Position numbers and translations under genes: made by a program. This document shows positions 1-11,737 of a DNA stretch of 64,000 nt, in pieces. Position 1 is the stretch's first letter. The number at the start of each line of letters is the position of its first letter. The stretch spans positions 88,464,010 through 88,528,009 of the forward strand of contig NC_057718.1 of the NCBI RefSeq assembly GCF_004010195.1, read 5' to 3'. Source of the DNA: Chiloscyllium plagiosum (Eukaryota). The notes below the pieces were generated by a model that made no database searches, had not been told where the DNA came from, and saw nothing but the letters and a program-made list of their open reading frames with translations.

Positions 1-232
1 GCCTATCACCCTCTCCTTAACCTCCTTCCACCTATCGTATTCCCGCTTATGCCCGAAACGTCGCTCCTCCCTACCTTTTATCTTTGCCTGCTTGGCACAC
101 CCTCCTCATTCCTGAAGAAGGGCTTATGCCCGAAACGTTGATTCTCCTGCTCCTTTGATGCTGCCTGATCTGCGCTTTTCCAGCAACACATTTTTAAGCT
201 CTTCTCCAGCATCTGAAGTCCTCACTTTCACC
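1..232 (+). mobile_element. Penelope-like element 3' end (pLTR), truncated by the window edge
   Basis: Same sequence family as the tail of the GIY-YIG-encoding copy at 16885-17600. Contains CTGAAGA-AGGGCTTATGCCC-GAAAC. Confidence 0.85.
108..143 (+). ncRNA. Minimal hammerhead-ribozyme-like motif in a PLE pLTR
   Basis: CUGAAGA (112-118), A, stem II GGGC/UUAU/GCCC, GAAA (132-135), C-G-U-U. Stem I is weak. Confidence 0.55.
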
Positions 233-764
233 TCAAAATAAACAATGTCAAGAGAAAGGGTGGGGTGGTGAAAGGATGACTTTTTAACCAATATACACAA
301 TACTCAATAAAGACGAATCACTGGATAGAGATTTCTCAAAGTTGCAAACTGGTTAACAAATGTTTAAAATCCTAAACCACTGTTGATTTGTAGAGGGATT
401 GAGTTGTAAAGTCAGGATTTCTTAAACCAGCCTGGAACTTTGTTTAGGCCACACGTGGAGTACTCTGCACAGTTCTTGTCTCTGTATTTTTGGTGTTGGG
501 GAAAGTACAAATTTATTACTAGGAGGATATTTTAATGAACTTAGAGTCTGTCCCAGCCTGTTCAACTCTTTCTCCTGGGCTAAGATGTGGTGTAACTGAA
601 TAAAGGCCTTTACAAAGGATTTTATTAGATCATAGAAATGCTTCCACTTATGGAGGAGAGAAAATTTAGAGGCCGTGTGGTTGCTAATAACTTCAGTAGG
701 GAATTCATGAGAAACCTGTTTACTCTTGCAAGCCTCCTGTCCTTTTGAGGCCCTTTTGTCTTTG

Positions 765-945
765 CTAAGGTAGACCAGCAGGAGGCTGGAAGAACACAGC
801 ACCTTAGGCAGCATCAGGAGATGGAGAAGTCAATGTTTTGGGTGTAACCCTTTTCCAGGTCTGGGGGTGGGTGAAAGGGGAGCTAGACAAGTAGAGGGTA
901 CAGCCTGATTGGTCGATGGCAGGAATGAATCTGGTTGGTAGCTGT
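765..945 (-). mobile_element. Old Penelope-like element 3' fragment
   Basis: gctggaagaacacagc..ggcagcatc..ggagaagtcaatgttttgggtgtaacccttttccagg resembles the reverse complement of the pLTR, with a decayed hammerhead core. Confidence 0.55.
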
Positions 946-2149
946 TCCCAAAATACTCCTGGTATTCATTTCTAGTGCCACTACTTTGCTTTTGTTTTGT
1001 TTGTAAACACTGTTAAGTATTTCTTAACAACCTTACCAACTTGCCCTGCCACTTGAGGATTTGTATATGTGGACATCAGCGAGGGAGGGTATGTGGTTAT
1101 CGTATGGTCCTTCTAGGACAAATGGTCTATTTTTCTTCTGGACATTATATAAGTGGGGAAGGGTAAATTGAAGCTAGCCTTGGTACAATGTTGTGAGGAC
1201 ATACATTGAGTATCCAAACAACATGAGCCTATTTAGCTAATCGATTGGAGGTTGATTTCTATCTGAATCCCATAAAAGCCTGGATTTTATAACCGCTCTC
1301 AGCTTTGAAATTTTCGACTCACCCCTCATTTACTGTTTTTGGGTGGGGCCGCTCCAGATTTCCAATATCTTTTCTCCATGAAGGAAAGTTTTCTGATGCT
1401 ACTGGGAAGAGGCCTGAACAATTTAAGGTTGTTTCCCCCCTTCATGAATCACTGAATTCCTACGATGTGAAAGCAGACCATTTGGCCTGTCGAGTCCACA
1501 CTGACCTTCAGATCATCCCATCCAGACCCACTCCCATCTTGTCCCTGTAGCCTTGCATTTCCCATAACTGTGGGAGGAAACTGGTCTGTTGTGCGTTCTA
1601 CTAGAAGTATCTCTCTCTCATCCCTCATCCACTCCATTTAATCATGTCAAACCCTTATCTGATGGCCCATTAATCTTTCTAAAGTAAAAGGAAGTTAAAA
1701 AGCTGAGCATGTCACTGACTTGATGCCTTTTTAGAGACACTCAGATTTTACAGCACAGAACAAAGTCCTAGGCCCTTGTATCTGCACCCATCATTTTCTC
1801 TGATATAACTCTGGTGAATCTGCAAGGCTCACCTTCAAAGGTGTGATGTTGAGAAACTGCTCAGTTACCAAGCCAGCCGTGGGCCTCATGAGACCTGGGG
1901 AACACTTTTCCAGTGAAGCATGGACCAGTGAGGGTGATCCCTCTCTGCCAGGGGCTGACCAAGGATCCAATGGGAAACATTTAAGTTATTCCATTTGGAG
2001 TGGATTAGGCAAAATAAATCACTACAATAAGGAACTAGAATGTAGGGATTAGTGGGGGAATGCAATAATGTATGTGTTTGGGGGGGGGGGGGGGGGGGGA
2101 CTAAAACTTAAAAGAAAGATCATTGTACAATTGTGCTGAAAGCAAAATT

Positions 2150-2594
2150 AAAGGGGGAGGGTCTAGTGGGTGAGGCTGTGATATATTCCACGTCGAGTTT
2201 GAACCTAGCCTATTGTGATCGGGTTGGTCTTCTGCATAGGACATCTCATGACTAGCTGTCACTTATTCTCTCCCGCATTTTCTGCCTGCCAAAGATACCA
2301 GAGTGTAGCCCGATTCGATTCCCCCGCTTTCCGTGATTTTTCTCTCTGTCTCATTAAAGCTAGCACTGGGAGTGAGCAGCACATCCACCGCAGTGCAGGG
2401 GGATGTGTGGCAATGTGTATTCCGTTTGCCTCGCTTCTAGATCCTGCTAGGAGTGGGGGAAGAGAGTGAAGGGAGCACGGGTCGATTTCGGTTCTGAATG
2501 CACTGCACTGGATCAGGTTAAACCTGGAGCGCCCAGCAGCGGTTTCACACAGCAAGATTTCGCTCGCACTTTTGCAACAGTAAGCCGCTGGAGA
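2150..2594 (+). promoter_or_regulatory. Putative internal (beta) promoter and 5'UTR of AKAP12
   Basis: Repeat-free stretch with more CpGs than its flanks, immediately upstream of the MPGAVTAT exon. Boundaries are approximate. Confidence 0.45.
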
Positions 2595-2619
2595 ATGCCA
2601 GGTGCAGTAACAGCCACAG
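2595..2619 (+). CDS. AKAP12: AKAP12 beta-isoform-type first coding exon (MPGAVTAT + phase-1 G)
   Basis: ATG CCA GGT GCA GTA ACA GCC ACA G|GTATGG. Splicing to 24822 (TT) gives Val and an in-frame join. Length and phase match the mammalian AKAP12-beta N-terminus MLGTITIT-V. It lies in a locally CpG-richer, repeat-free region. Confidence 0.75.
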
Positions 2620-5600
2620 GTATGGTTGTCGAAAAAGGTGACTGTTTTTAATCTTGAAAATTGGTGCCTTTTTTTAACATTTATCTGACTTTTGTGGGGC
2701 GATTTTCTCTCTGGCATTGTTCTGGGAAGGGTGTGGCTAGGTCAGTGTGCTGTGGATGTTTGAGAGTTCCTGGCTGCTCCTTGGGATACAATTACTTACA
2801 GTAATTTGACTATTCCAAGATTTTAATGAAATTGGAACCCAAGAGGTGAAATGCAGCCACCTCTCCCCAGGATTATTGAATTTGGAGAAATCAGTGCTGG
2901 GATATTGGGAATGCCATGTGTGAAACGCACTGGTGAAGTCTGGAAAAGCAAGTATTTTTGATCACATTCCTGTTTTAAAGGTTCAGTTTAATGTTTTAAA
3001 TTCTACATATGCACCTGTCAGATCATTATGCCTCCTGGATTGTGCTCCAGTCCCTACGAATGCATTAATCACCTGACGCTTGTGTGTAACACTACGTGTA
3101 GATGAAAAAAAATCATAGGGGCATTGATTTTTTTTCATTACTTAACTATTGGAGATGGGAAGAGAATGGAGTCAAAAAATCTTTAGTCTGGCAGGGTAGC
3201 TGCAGAGGTGGGCATGTTGGTTGAGTGATGGTGGGAAGTTTCCTTGAGCTCTTTGCCTTCCTCAATTTTTTTTCTTTCTCTCTCTCTCGCCCCGCCGTCT
3301 TCCCTTGAATTTGAAACTAAAAGTTGTACCATTTGACTTGAGTGGTGTATCATGACGTGCCACACTACCTCAGCTCAAAGCCCAGTAATGCTGGTGAGCT
3401 ATCTCTCAAAGTGCAGAGCAAAATAACCAGCAGTCAAGAGGGATACTGAACACAATTGAAGTCTGAGAGCACATCAGGTGTGACCCACTTCTTAAATGAT
3501 TAAAGAAGCAGGGGTTTGTGGAGCTGTCATCTTGAAGCTCTGAGCCACTGATGCAATGAGCTTGGAGCAGAGAGAGTGCCTGAAACGTGTAAGTGTCTGT
3601 CATTGCAAGAGAATGCAGCCTTGGGTAGTGTGTGGAATCTGCAGCTGTCACACTGGGTTGGAGACTGTTGAATGAGCAGTAAAGCTTCTTCAAATAGTGA
3701 ATAATTGCAGCTGCCTAGACTTTATTTGATGTCCAATCAATACCTCATGCAAAATATATCAATTACATCATTTAAAAAAAAAACAATTTCAATTAACAAT
3801 CTGCAGAGAGTTGATGGATTCTGACTTTTCTTTTTGCCTTAACACTGCTCACATCCTGAGGTTGAAGGTTACGGTTCGATCTGAATCACTTCAGATTCAG
3901 TGAATGCAGTCATTGGTTTGTTTAAACAAGATGTTGGGGTGTTATCTAGGAGGCAATATTGTGCATAATATGGAGGTGCATAATGGTAATGGCAGTGGAT
4001 TGGTCATCCAGAACACTGGACTAATTCTCTGAATTAGTTCAAATCCCACCATGGCAAATGGTGAAATTTTGAGTTCATTTAAAATCTGTTAATTTAAAAC
4101 AAGCTAGTCTCATGGTGATCACATGACTTTGTTAATGTGTTTGTGTTTGGAATGGGATTTTAACCCATAACCCTTTTTGACTTTTGAACATGACCCATTG
4201 ACTTGAGTTTGACACTAATTGGGTTCTTTCATCTGTTTTTTTGGTAATTTTACCTTTGTTTGTGGCAGACTACTGTATACATGTAGGTTTCTGAAAATCT
4301 TATCTGACAACAGTAACTTCAAAAGTTGATTATCTATGTAAGTCACTGAGTTAATGTCTTGAGGCAAGCTGTAATACAAATGTTTATTCTTGTATGCATG
4401 CTGGATAGACACGGTCCCTTGGAATCTGTCCATCACTTGTGCTGGGAAGGGCAACTTATTTTGTTTAAAAAGAAGTTTCTCAAATGAGACATATAGATGC
4501 AACTGCCTACAGGAAAGGTGCTTAGAAATGCTCAAATCCCACCACCTTGGTTTTACTGCCAAAACGCCACATCAAGGTCATTGGCAATTTAACCATTCAC
4601 ATCTGTTTTTTTGCCTTTTTCTGTATTTCTCTTGTGTTTTGTGCTCTGAGATAATCTGGATTGCCCATTTTGATTACCTCAGCCTTCACAGAACAGACAA
4701 TGTCTAATATCTCTGCCAACCTCCCTCTCTTGCTCCATTAGATTTGAGTGCTTCATCCAATGTGTCCCTAACCCCAGCCTTCATTGACCTTTTCTCATCA
4801 AAAGAACCTTTTTAAGATGGGATTTTCTCATTTGTGAAATGTTTGTCTTCTGTTCAAATACCTCCCATTTCTAAATAATGGTACTGTTTTGAAATTTCCC
4901 CACCATTAAATCAGCTCTATGTCCATTTGCTGAGTTTTTATGAGCTAGTACAAATCAGGGAGGCTGGCTGTGCAACAATTTAGGATTTATCTCATTAAGG
5001 CCGGTGATTTATGATTAAATTAGGTTCCATTTGTTATGAAGGGGCCTTTTGGGAATGAAATCTTCAATTTTTGTTCTACAATCCCTGATCTTGGTTCAAA
5101 GCTCTGTCTCTTCTTGACTTCTGTTTCCCTGTGTAGATCATTGCTGAACTATGATCCAATGAAAACGGCACTTTAAAGATGAACAGCGATCGAGACATCT
5201 TGTACTTGCCAATTGAAAAGCAATTGTGTGATGACCTGGTTCCCTGGCCAAACATTGAGGCAAAAGTTCCGTTAGTTTCCTCTTGTGAATGTTGTGACAA
5301 TTTATTCTCTCTCTACCATGATTCTTTCCTTTCCTTCTTGCTCCTTGTTCTAATTGTGTCTTCAATGACCCAGCCCTCAAGCTCTAGGATTCCCTTCTCA
5401 CCTCCACTTCTTTCTATCTCACCTTTTTTTCCTTTTCCTTCTTAATATATTCCTTTTTAAAACCAAGCTTTTGATCTGCTGATCATCTGACGATGATATC
5501 CCTTGCAAGGAAAATTTGTACATATGTAAGAAATTTTGTATATTTCTGTTGCAAGTTTGTGGGTTATTAAACCCATGTTAGCCATGCATGGCTGTTAAGT

Positions 5601-7755
5601 TGAGATGGCTAACATAATAAAGATGTCCTCTATCACCATCCACCTGATGTCCATTTCACATTCTGAATTCATTCCTTGCACGTTGTGCTAGTCTCCATTG
5701 TTAATTTTCTCTGAAGAGGTAGGGGACAAGAGTAGAGGAGAGATGAGCTTTTCTTGGTAGTGTTTTGTTACAACTGAATGATTTGAAGGATAGTTAAGAG
5801 TTGCATGTCTTGGTGTCAGACCTCTTACGACTGCAGGTCCCCTTGCTAAGAGGATGTCTGTGAGCCAATTGCATTTTTAAATAAATTGACAATGCAACAA
5901 TTTCATGGTGATATACTGATCCAAACTCTTTGTTTCCAGACTTGGCTGGTGATGTATGCTGATGCTTACTAATGCAGTACCACAGCATTTATTCTTGCAC
6001 CTAAGATACCAGCTGTGTTATCTTAGGCACAGATACCTAAGATATCTGTGCTGGTCCACTTAACTGAATTTGTTCGCACTGGGGCTGAGGGAACAGTGTG
6101 AATTGTCAGACGTGCAGATTGCTGCCCCTAGTGTTCAATGCTGAAGGGCAAACTGAGTCAAATATGTACAAGCACTAATCATTTTAATACTGATTTATCC
6201 TTTTGAAGAATAACCCTTTTAATTCTAATCCACGTTCCTGTCTATTCCCACTTTTATCTCTCTTTGTAAGTATTGTTTTTTCTCTAATTGATCACCTTGG
6301 ATACTTCCTTTCCAAGTTGATAACCTGTGGATTTCCAGTCTTCTCATTTTCAGTGCTCCAAACGTTAGCCATCAACCCCCTCTCTGCCTTTAATGGTTTA
6401 ATGTCACTTATTACTGAGTGGCTGGAAGTAGATGCAATTTGAATAGGGCAAGATAAAGTTTAATGAGTACCACATTTTGACGTCTTTGCTTGTACTTTTT
6501 TTTTCCCCCCCAACACCCAAGTTGCTTTGATTGATGTTATGCATTGGCTGGACATGTTCATTGAGTTCAATCCTAGATGCCTGGTATGCAGTTGATACTG
6601 TGCTGCCCTCGTGACTGGCTACACCACCTCTTCCCGCAATTAGTTTACTGCTATCAGTTAAAGGCATCGTTCACCACTGCTTAACTTGGCAGGGATTGGG
6701 TGGGGAGGGGGCTCTTATGGCGCAGTGGTGATGTCCTAACTGTGGGTTAGGTGGCTTGCGTTTCAAGTCACACCTGCACCAGAAGTGCCATAATGCATCT
6801 GAATGGGTTGATTTCAAAATATCTAAAAGCGCAGAACCTTCCAATGTCCAAGCTTTTGATGGGTCATTGTATTAACATGACAAATCCCCTGTTGTTTCAC
6901 AGATTTATGCTCTAGAGTCTATGCCAGTCTCTGAGAATGTGTCACATCTCCAAAAGCATAGGGTGAATTGGAAAAATGCTAGCTTGCTTTTGAGTCTTTT
7001 CATGCATCTAGGATTAGAGTTAGAATTGAATTCGGTTTTAATTGTCATGTACTCAAGTTCAGGAATACAGGAGTACAGTGGAAAATGTACAGATTCTCCA
7101 TTCCTGGTGCCACCATAGGTAGAGGTACTTAGGTACAAAGTAGAAAGAAAGAAAGAAAGTTAAAAGTTCATCATTACTCCAAAAATAGCCCCTTCAAATC
7201 TGCTAAAAGGCATGATCTTTTACAAGCCCCTTTTTCTGCAGTCTGTTTTGATTTGATTTTTTGATTTACATTATCTAGCTGCTTTTTTTTTATATTTCTC
7301 CAATGCATTTTTCTCCAACAATAAATAAACTGCAGCTCAATCAGTCTCTGCTACAAACCTGCCTTACGTTGGCCCTGTCAATTTATGCATTACTTTGGTG
7401 CAATTCATCTGAAATTGTTGAAACCAACATACAGCAGATTGAGCAATATCAAGAACATGCCTGATGTAGGGAAGAGAGATTATCATAACTGGAAACAGTC
7501 ATGGTTTTGAAGGTATGGAATAGGGTGGTTTCTGAGGGGTTACGTTTTTCTCCTGTCCGTGGAATCTAGAACAGAACTGGAGAAGAGGAGGAATTTGTTT
7601 GCTCACAGAATTGTGCACCTGTGGCTTTCCCTTGCCCAGAGTGTTGTGGATTTGCCTTATTGAATATTGTTAAGGCCAACAGAATTGTAGTGTCCCATGG
7701 AATCGAAGGATCTGGCCAGTGGGTTGGAAAGTGGGAATAAACCATAGTGAATGAT

Positions 7756-8307
7756 TTGGAGATGCTGGTGTTGGACTGGGGTGTACAAAGTTAAAAATCA
7801 CCAATACCAGGTTATAGTCCAATGGTTTAATTGGAAGCACTAGCTTCAAGGAGCAGTGCTGCTCCTTCATTAGGTGGTTGTGGAGTACACAATTGTAAGA
7901 CAATTTATAGCAAAAGTTTACAGTGTGATGTAACTGAAATTATACATTAAAAAATACCTTGATTGTTTATGAAGAGTCTCATCTGTTAGAATGACCATGT
8001 TAGTTTCACTTCTTTCATAGCACGTTATCTGGGCTGACACAAATTGTTAACGTTAACCTGAGTTTTCCAATTTACATATGAAAGAAGTGAAACTAACATG
8101 GTCATTCTAACAGATGAGACTCTTCATAAACAATCAAGGTATTTTTCAATGTTTAATTTCAGTTACATCACACTGTAAACTTTTGCTATAAATTCTGTGT
8201 CTTACAATTGTGTACTCCACAACCACCTGATGAAGGAGCGGCGCTCTGAAAGTTAGTGCTTCCAATTAAACCTGTTGGACTATAATCTGGTGTTGTGATT
8301 TTTTTAA
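7756..8307. mobile_element. Fold-back Penelope-like insertion (second family) with ~230-bp inverted arms
   Basis: Arms ~7790-8019 and ~8077-8308 are near-perfect reverse complements. Flanks are catagtgaatgat (7743-7755) and cataatgaatgat (8308-8320). A hammerhead-like core sits at 8224-8258. Confidence 0.8.
8224..8258 (+). ncRNA. Minimal hammerhead-ribozyme-like motif
   Basis: CAC-CUGAUGA-A-GGAGC-GGC-GCUCU-GAAA-GU-UA-GUG: stem I CAC/GUG, stem II GGAGC/GCUCU, NUH triplet present. Confidence 0.65.
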
Positions 8308-8341
8308 CATAATGAATGATGAGGGGGCTTCAGTTTCTATT

Positions 8342-8617
8342 GGGCGCACTGTGACTCAGTGGTTAGCACTGCTGCCTTACAGCACCAGGGTGTCTGGTTC
8401 GATTCCAGCCTTGGGTGACTGTCTGTCTGTGCAGGGTTTGCATGTTTTCTGTGTCTGTGTGGGTTTCTTCCGATAGTCCAAAGATGCCATTCTAAATTGC
8501 CCGTAGTGTTAGGCGCATTAGTCAAGAGTGAAATACGTCCGGGTGGGTTACTCTTCAGAGGGTAAGTGTGGACTTGGGCCAAATGGCCTGTTTCCACACT
8601 ATAGGGAATCTAATCTA
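8342..8617 (+). mobile_element. tRNA-derived SINE, HE1/V-SINE type
   Basis: A-box-like tgactcagtggtt and B-box ggttcgattcc; central gtttgca..gtgtctgtgtgggtttc; CR1-like tail ending tctaatcta. Confidence 0.8.
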
Positions 8618-9084
8618 TTTAAGATTGTTTACTTGCCCGTTTCCTAAAAACTAACAAAAGTAAATGTCTTTTCAAAAACAGTTGTGCTGTTTTCAATTAT
8701 TGCAAGTTCATAATGGGGGACAGCCTATAGGTTTTATTAATTTGGCTCATTTCATTCTTGCTGTGTACAGTATTGAGTCCAATATAATTTGCATTTGCTT
8801 CTGTCAAGTCCCATTTAATCCACAGCTGCTTTAATCGTTCAATGCTGCCATCTGCTGTTGCAAAGTGCTGACAGCATGAGGGCAAGCGGTCTCCCCAAAT
8901 GATGAAACCTTTGTGCAGCTCCTCCTGGAGAAAAGGAGTGGGTACTCCATTCCAGAGTTTGTTGTACTTCACAAAACCTGTAGATAAGGGCGGTTCAGGA
9001 TTGCTTTTTAAAAAATTTATTTCAACATTAACCAGCCAAAGTAGATATCTCTTTTTTTTTTTAAAAAAGGTTTGTCCTTGTTTT

Positions 9085-9860
9085 CTCTGTCTTGTGTATA
9101 TCATGCTGAGAGGTGTACCCTTTGGTCTGTTCTCCCCATCCCTGCCTGCCCAATATCGTAAATAAATCTAATCCCTTTTGGCCCATATCCCTCCCCAAAC
9201 CCTTCCTATTCATATACCCATTCAGATGCCTTTTTAAATGTTGCAATTGTACCAGCTCCTCCACTTCCTCCGGCAGCTCTTTCCATACATGTACCACCCT
9301 CTGAGAGCAATGTTGCCCTTAGGTCTCTTTTATATCTTTCCCCTCTCCCCTAAACCTTCTAGTTTTCAACTCCCACACCCTGGGGAAAAAGTCTATTTAC
9401 CCTATCCATGCCCCTCATGATTTTATAAACCTCTATAAGGTCAGCCTCCGACACTCCAGGGAAAATAGCTCCAGCCTATTCAGCCTCTCCCTATATATTA
9501 AATCCTCCAACCCTGGCAACATTCTTGTAAAAGTTTAAGTTTCACAACACGAGACCAGAACTGCACACGATATTCCAGTAGTGGTCTAACCAATGTCCTG
9601 TACAACAAGACCTCCCAACTCCTATACTCAATGCACTGACCAATAAAGGCAAGCATACCAAACACCACCTTCACAATCCTATCTACCTGCGACTCCACTT
9701 TCAAGGAACTATGAACCTGTTCTCCAAGGTCCCTTTGTTTGCAACACTCCCAGGACTTTATCATTGTCTCTGAGGCCTGCACTGATTTGGCCTTTCCAAA
9801 ATGCAATACTGCACATTTATCTAAATTAACTCCACCTGCCACTCCTCGGCCCATTGGCTG
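9085..9860 (-). mobile_element. CR1/HER1-type LINE 3' fragment
   Basis: Minus-strand remnants NLDKCAVLHFGK, LYRTLVRPLLEYRVQFWS and VWKELPEEV. Confidence 0.85.
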
Positions 9861-10139
9861 TAATTAAATCATAAAGCTTTACATAAATGGTTGGGAGTAC
9901 AGAACTGCAACATTGCTAAACGTTGACTAGAAGTTGAAACTGTTCATATTGCCCTCATCAGAACTAAGAAACAGACTTGAAAGACAATTTTATGCAGCAG
10001 AAGAGGATGTTAATTGGTCGGGCCATCATTGGCAGGGATATAGAGCTAGTGTGGTTATCAATCTTCATTCTCTGATCAAGCTGGTTGATTCTGATTGAGA
10101 CAGTATATTCCTGTTAGTGAAAGTCTGGTTGGTATAGGG

Positions 10140-11737
10140 AATGCTGGATGACTAAAGAAATTGAGGGTTGGTTAAGGAAAAGAAGAAAGCATATGTCAGG
10201 TATATATAGACAGATAGATAGAGTGAATCCTTTGAGTGTAAAGGCAGTAGAAGTATATTTGAGAGAAATCATGAGGGCAAAAAGGGGACATGAGAGAGCT
10301 CTGACAAATAGAGTTAAGAAGAATCCAAAGGCTTTTTACAAATCCATTAAGGACAAAAGGGTGACTATGGAGAGAACAGGTCCCTTAAGGATCAGCAAGG
10401 CAGCCTGTGGAGCAGCAGGAGATGGGTGAGATACTAAACGAACATTTTGCATTGGTGTTTACTGTGGAAAAGGTCATGGAAGATATTGAATGTAGAGAAA
10501 TAGACGGTGACATCTTGAAAACTGTCCATATTACAGAGGAAGTAGTGCTGGATGTCTTGAAACGCATAAAAGTGGATACATCAGTGAGCCTGACTATGGT
10601 GGAAGGAATAATGAGGGACAGGATGTACATTTATTTGGAAAGGCAGAGACTGATTAGGGATAATCAACGTGGCTTTGCGTGGGGACATCATGTCTCATGA
10701 ACTTGAATTCTTTGAGGAAGTAACAGAGGATTGAGTGCAGAACGGTAGACATGAACCAAATGGACTTCAGTAAGACGTTTGAGAAGGTTCCCTGTGGGAG
10801 ACTGGTTAGCAAGATTAGATCTCATGGAATACAGAAAGAACTTGCTGTATTGGAAAAAGAACTGGCTCAAAGGTGGACGGGGGAGAGGGTGATGGTGGAG
10901 GGTTGTTTTTCAGACTGGAGGCATGTGACCAGTGGAGTGCCACAAGGATTGGAGCTGGATCCACCACTTTTCATCATTTATATAAATGATTAGGATGTGA
11001 GCATAAGAGGTATGGTTAGTAAGTTTGCAGATGACACCAAAATTGGAGGTGTAGTGGACAGCGAAGAAGGTTACCTTGGATTACAACAGGATCTTGATCA
11101 AGTGGGCCAGTGAGCTGAGAAGTGACAAATGGAGTTTAATTTAGATAAATGTGAGGTGCTCCATTTTGGAAAAGCAAATCTTAGCAGGACTTGTACGCTT
11201 AATGGTAAGGTCCTAGGGAGTGTTGTATCAGAAGGATATTGTGAAACTTGAAAGGGTTCAGAAAAGATTTACAAGGATGTTGCCAGGGTCGAGGATTTGA
11301 GCTATAGGGAGAGGTTGAATAGGCTGGGGCTGTTTTCCCTGGAGCGTCTGAGGCTGAGGAGTGACCTTGTAGAGTTTTATAAAATCATGAGGGGCATGGA
11401 ATAGGGTAAATAGACAAGGTTTTTACCCTGGGGTGGGGATTCCAGAACTAGAGGGCAAAGGTTTAGGGTGAGAAGGGAAATATATAAAAGGGACCTAAGG
11501 TGCAACATTTTCACGCAGGTGATATGTATATGGAATGAGCTGCCAGAGGACGTGGTGGAGGCTAGTACAATTGCAACGTTTAAAAGGCATCTGGGTGGGT
11601 ATATGATTATGAAAGATTTGGAGGGAAATGGGCCGGGTGCTGGTCGGTGGGACTGGATTGGGTTGGGATATCTGGTCAGCATCGACGAGTTGGACCGAAA
11701 AGGTCTGTTTCCGTGCTGTGCATCTCTATGACTCTGC
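10140..11737 (+). mobile_element. CR1/HER1-type LINE ORF2 fragment with internal deletions and 3' end
   Basis: NPKAFYK, MDFSKTFEKVP, VTSGVPQG, FADDTK, WNELPEDVVEA, and the 3' tail ctctatgactct. Confidence 0.9.

Noticed and set aside
2080..2099. Poly-G run (also ~47772-47790) as a G-quadruplex element
   Set aside because: A simple homopolymer whose length is error-prone, with no supporting evidence.
6000..6051. Overlapping 9-bp inverted repeats (cctaagata/tatcttagg, gcacagata/tatctgtgc)
   Set aside because: Probably a local template-switch or repair scar; too short to support any function.
8342..8415. tRNA genes at SINE heads (also 15933, 35047, 6715, 33560)
   Set aside because: A/B boxes are present but there is no complete cloverleaf, and the sequence continues into SINE bodies.
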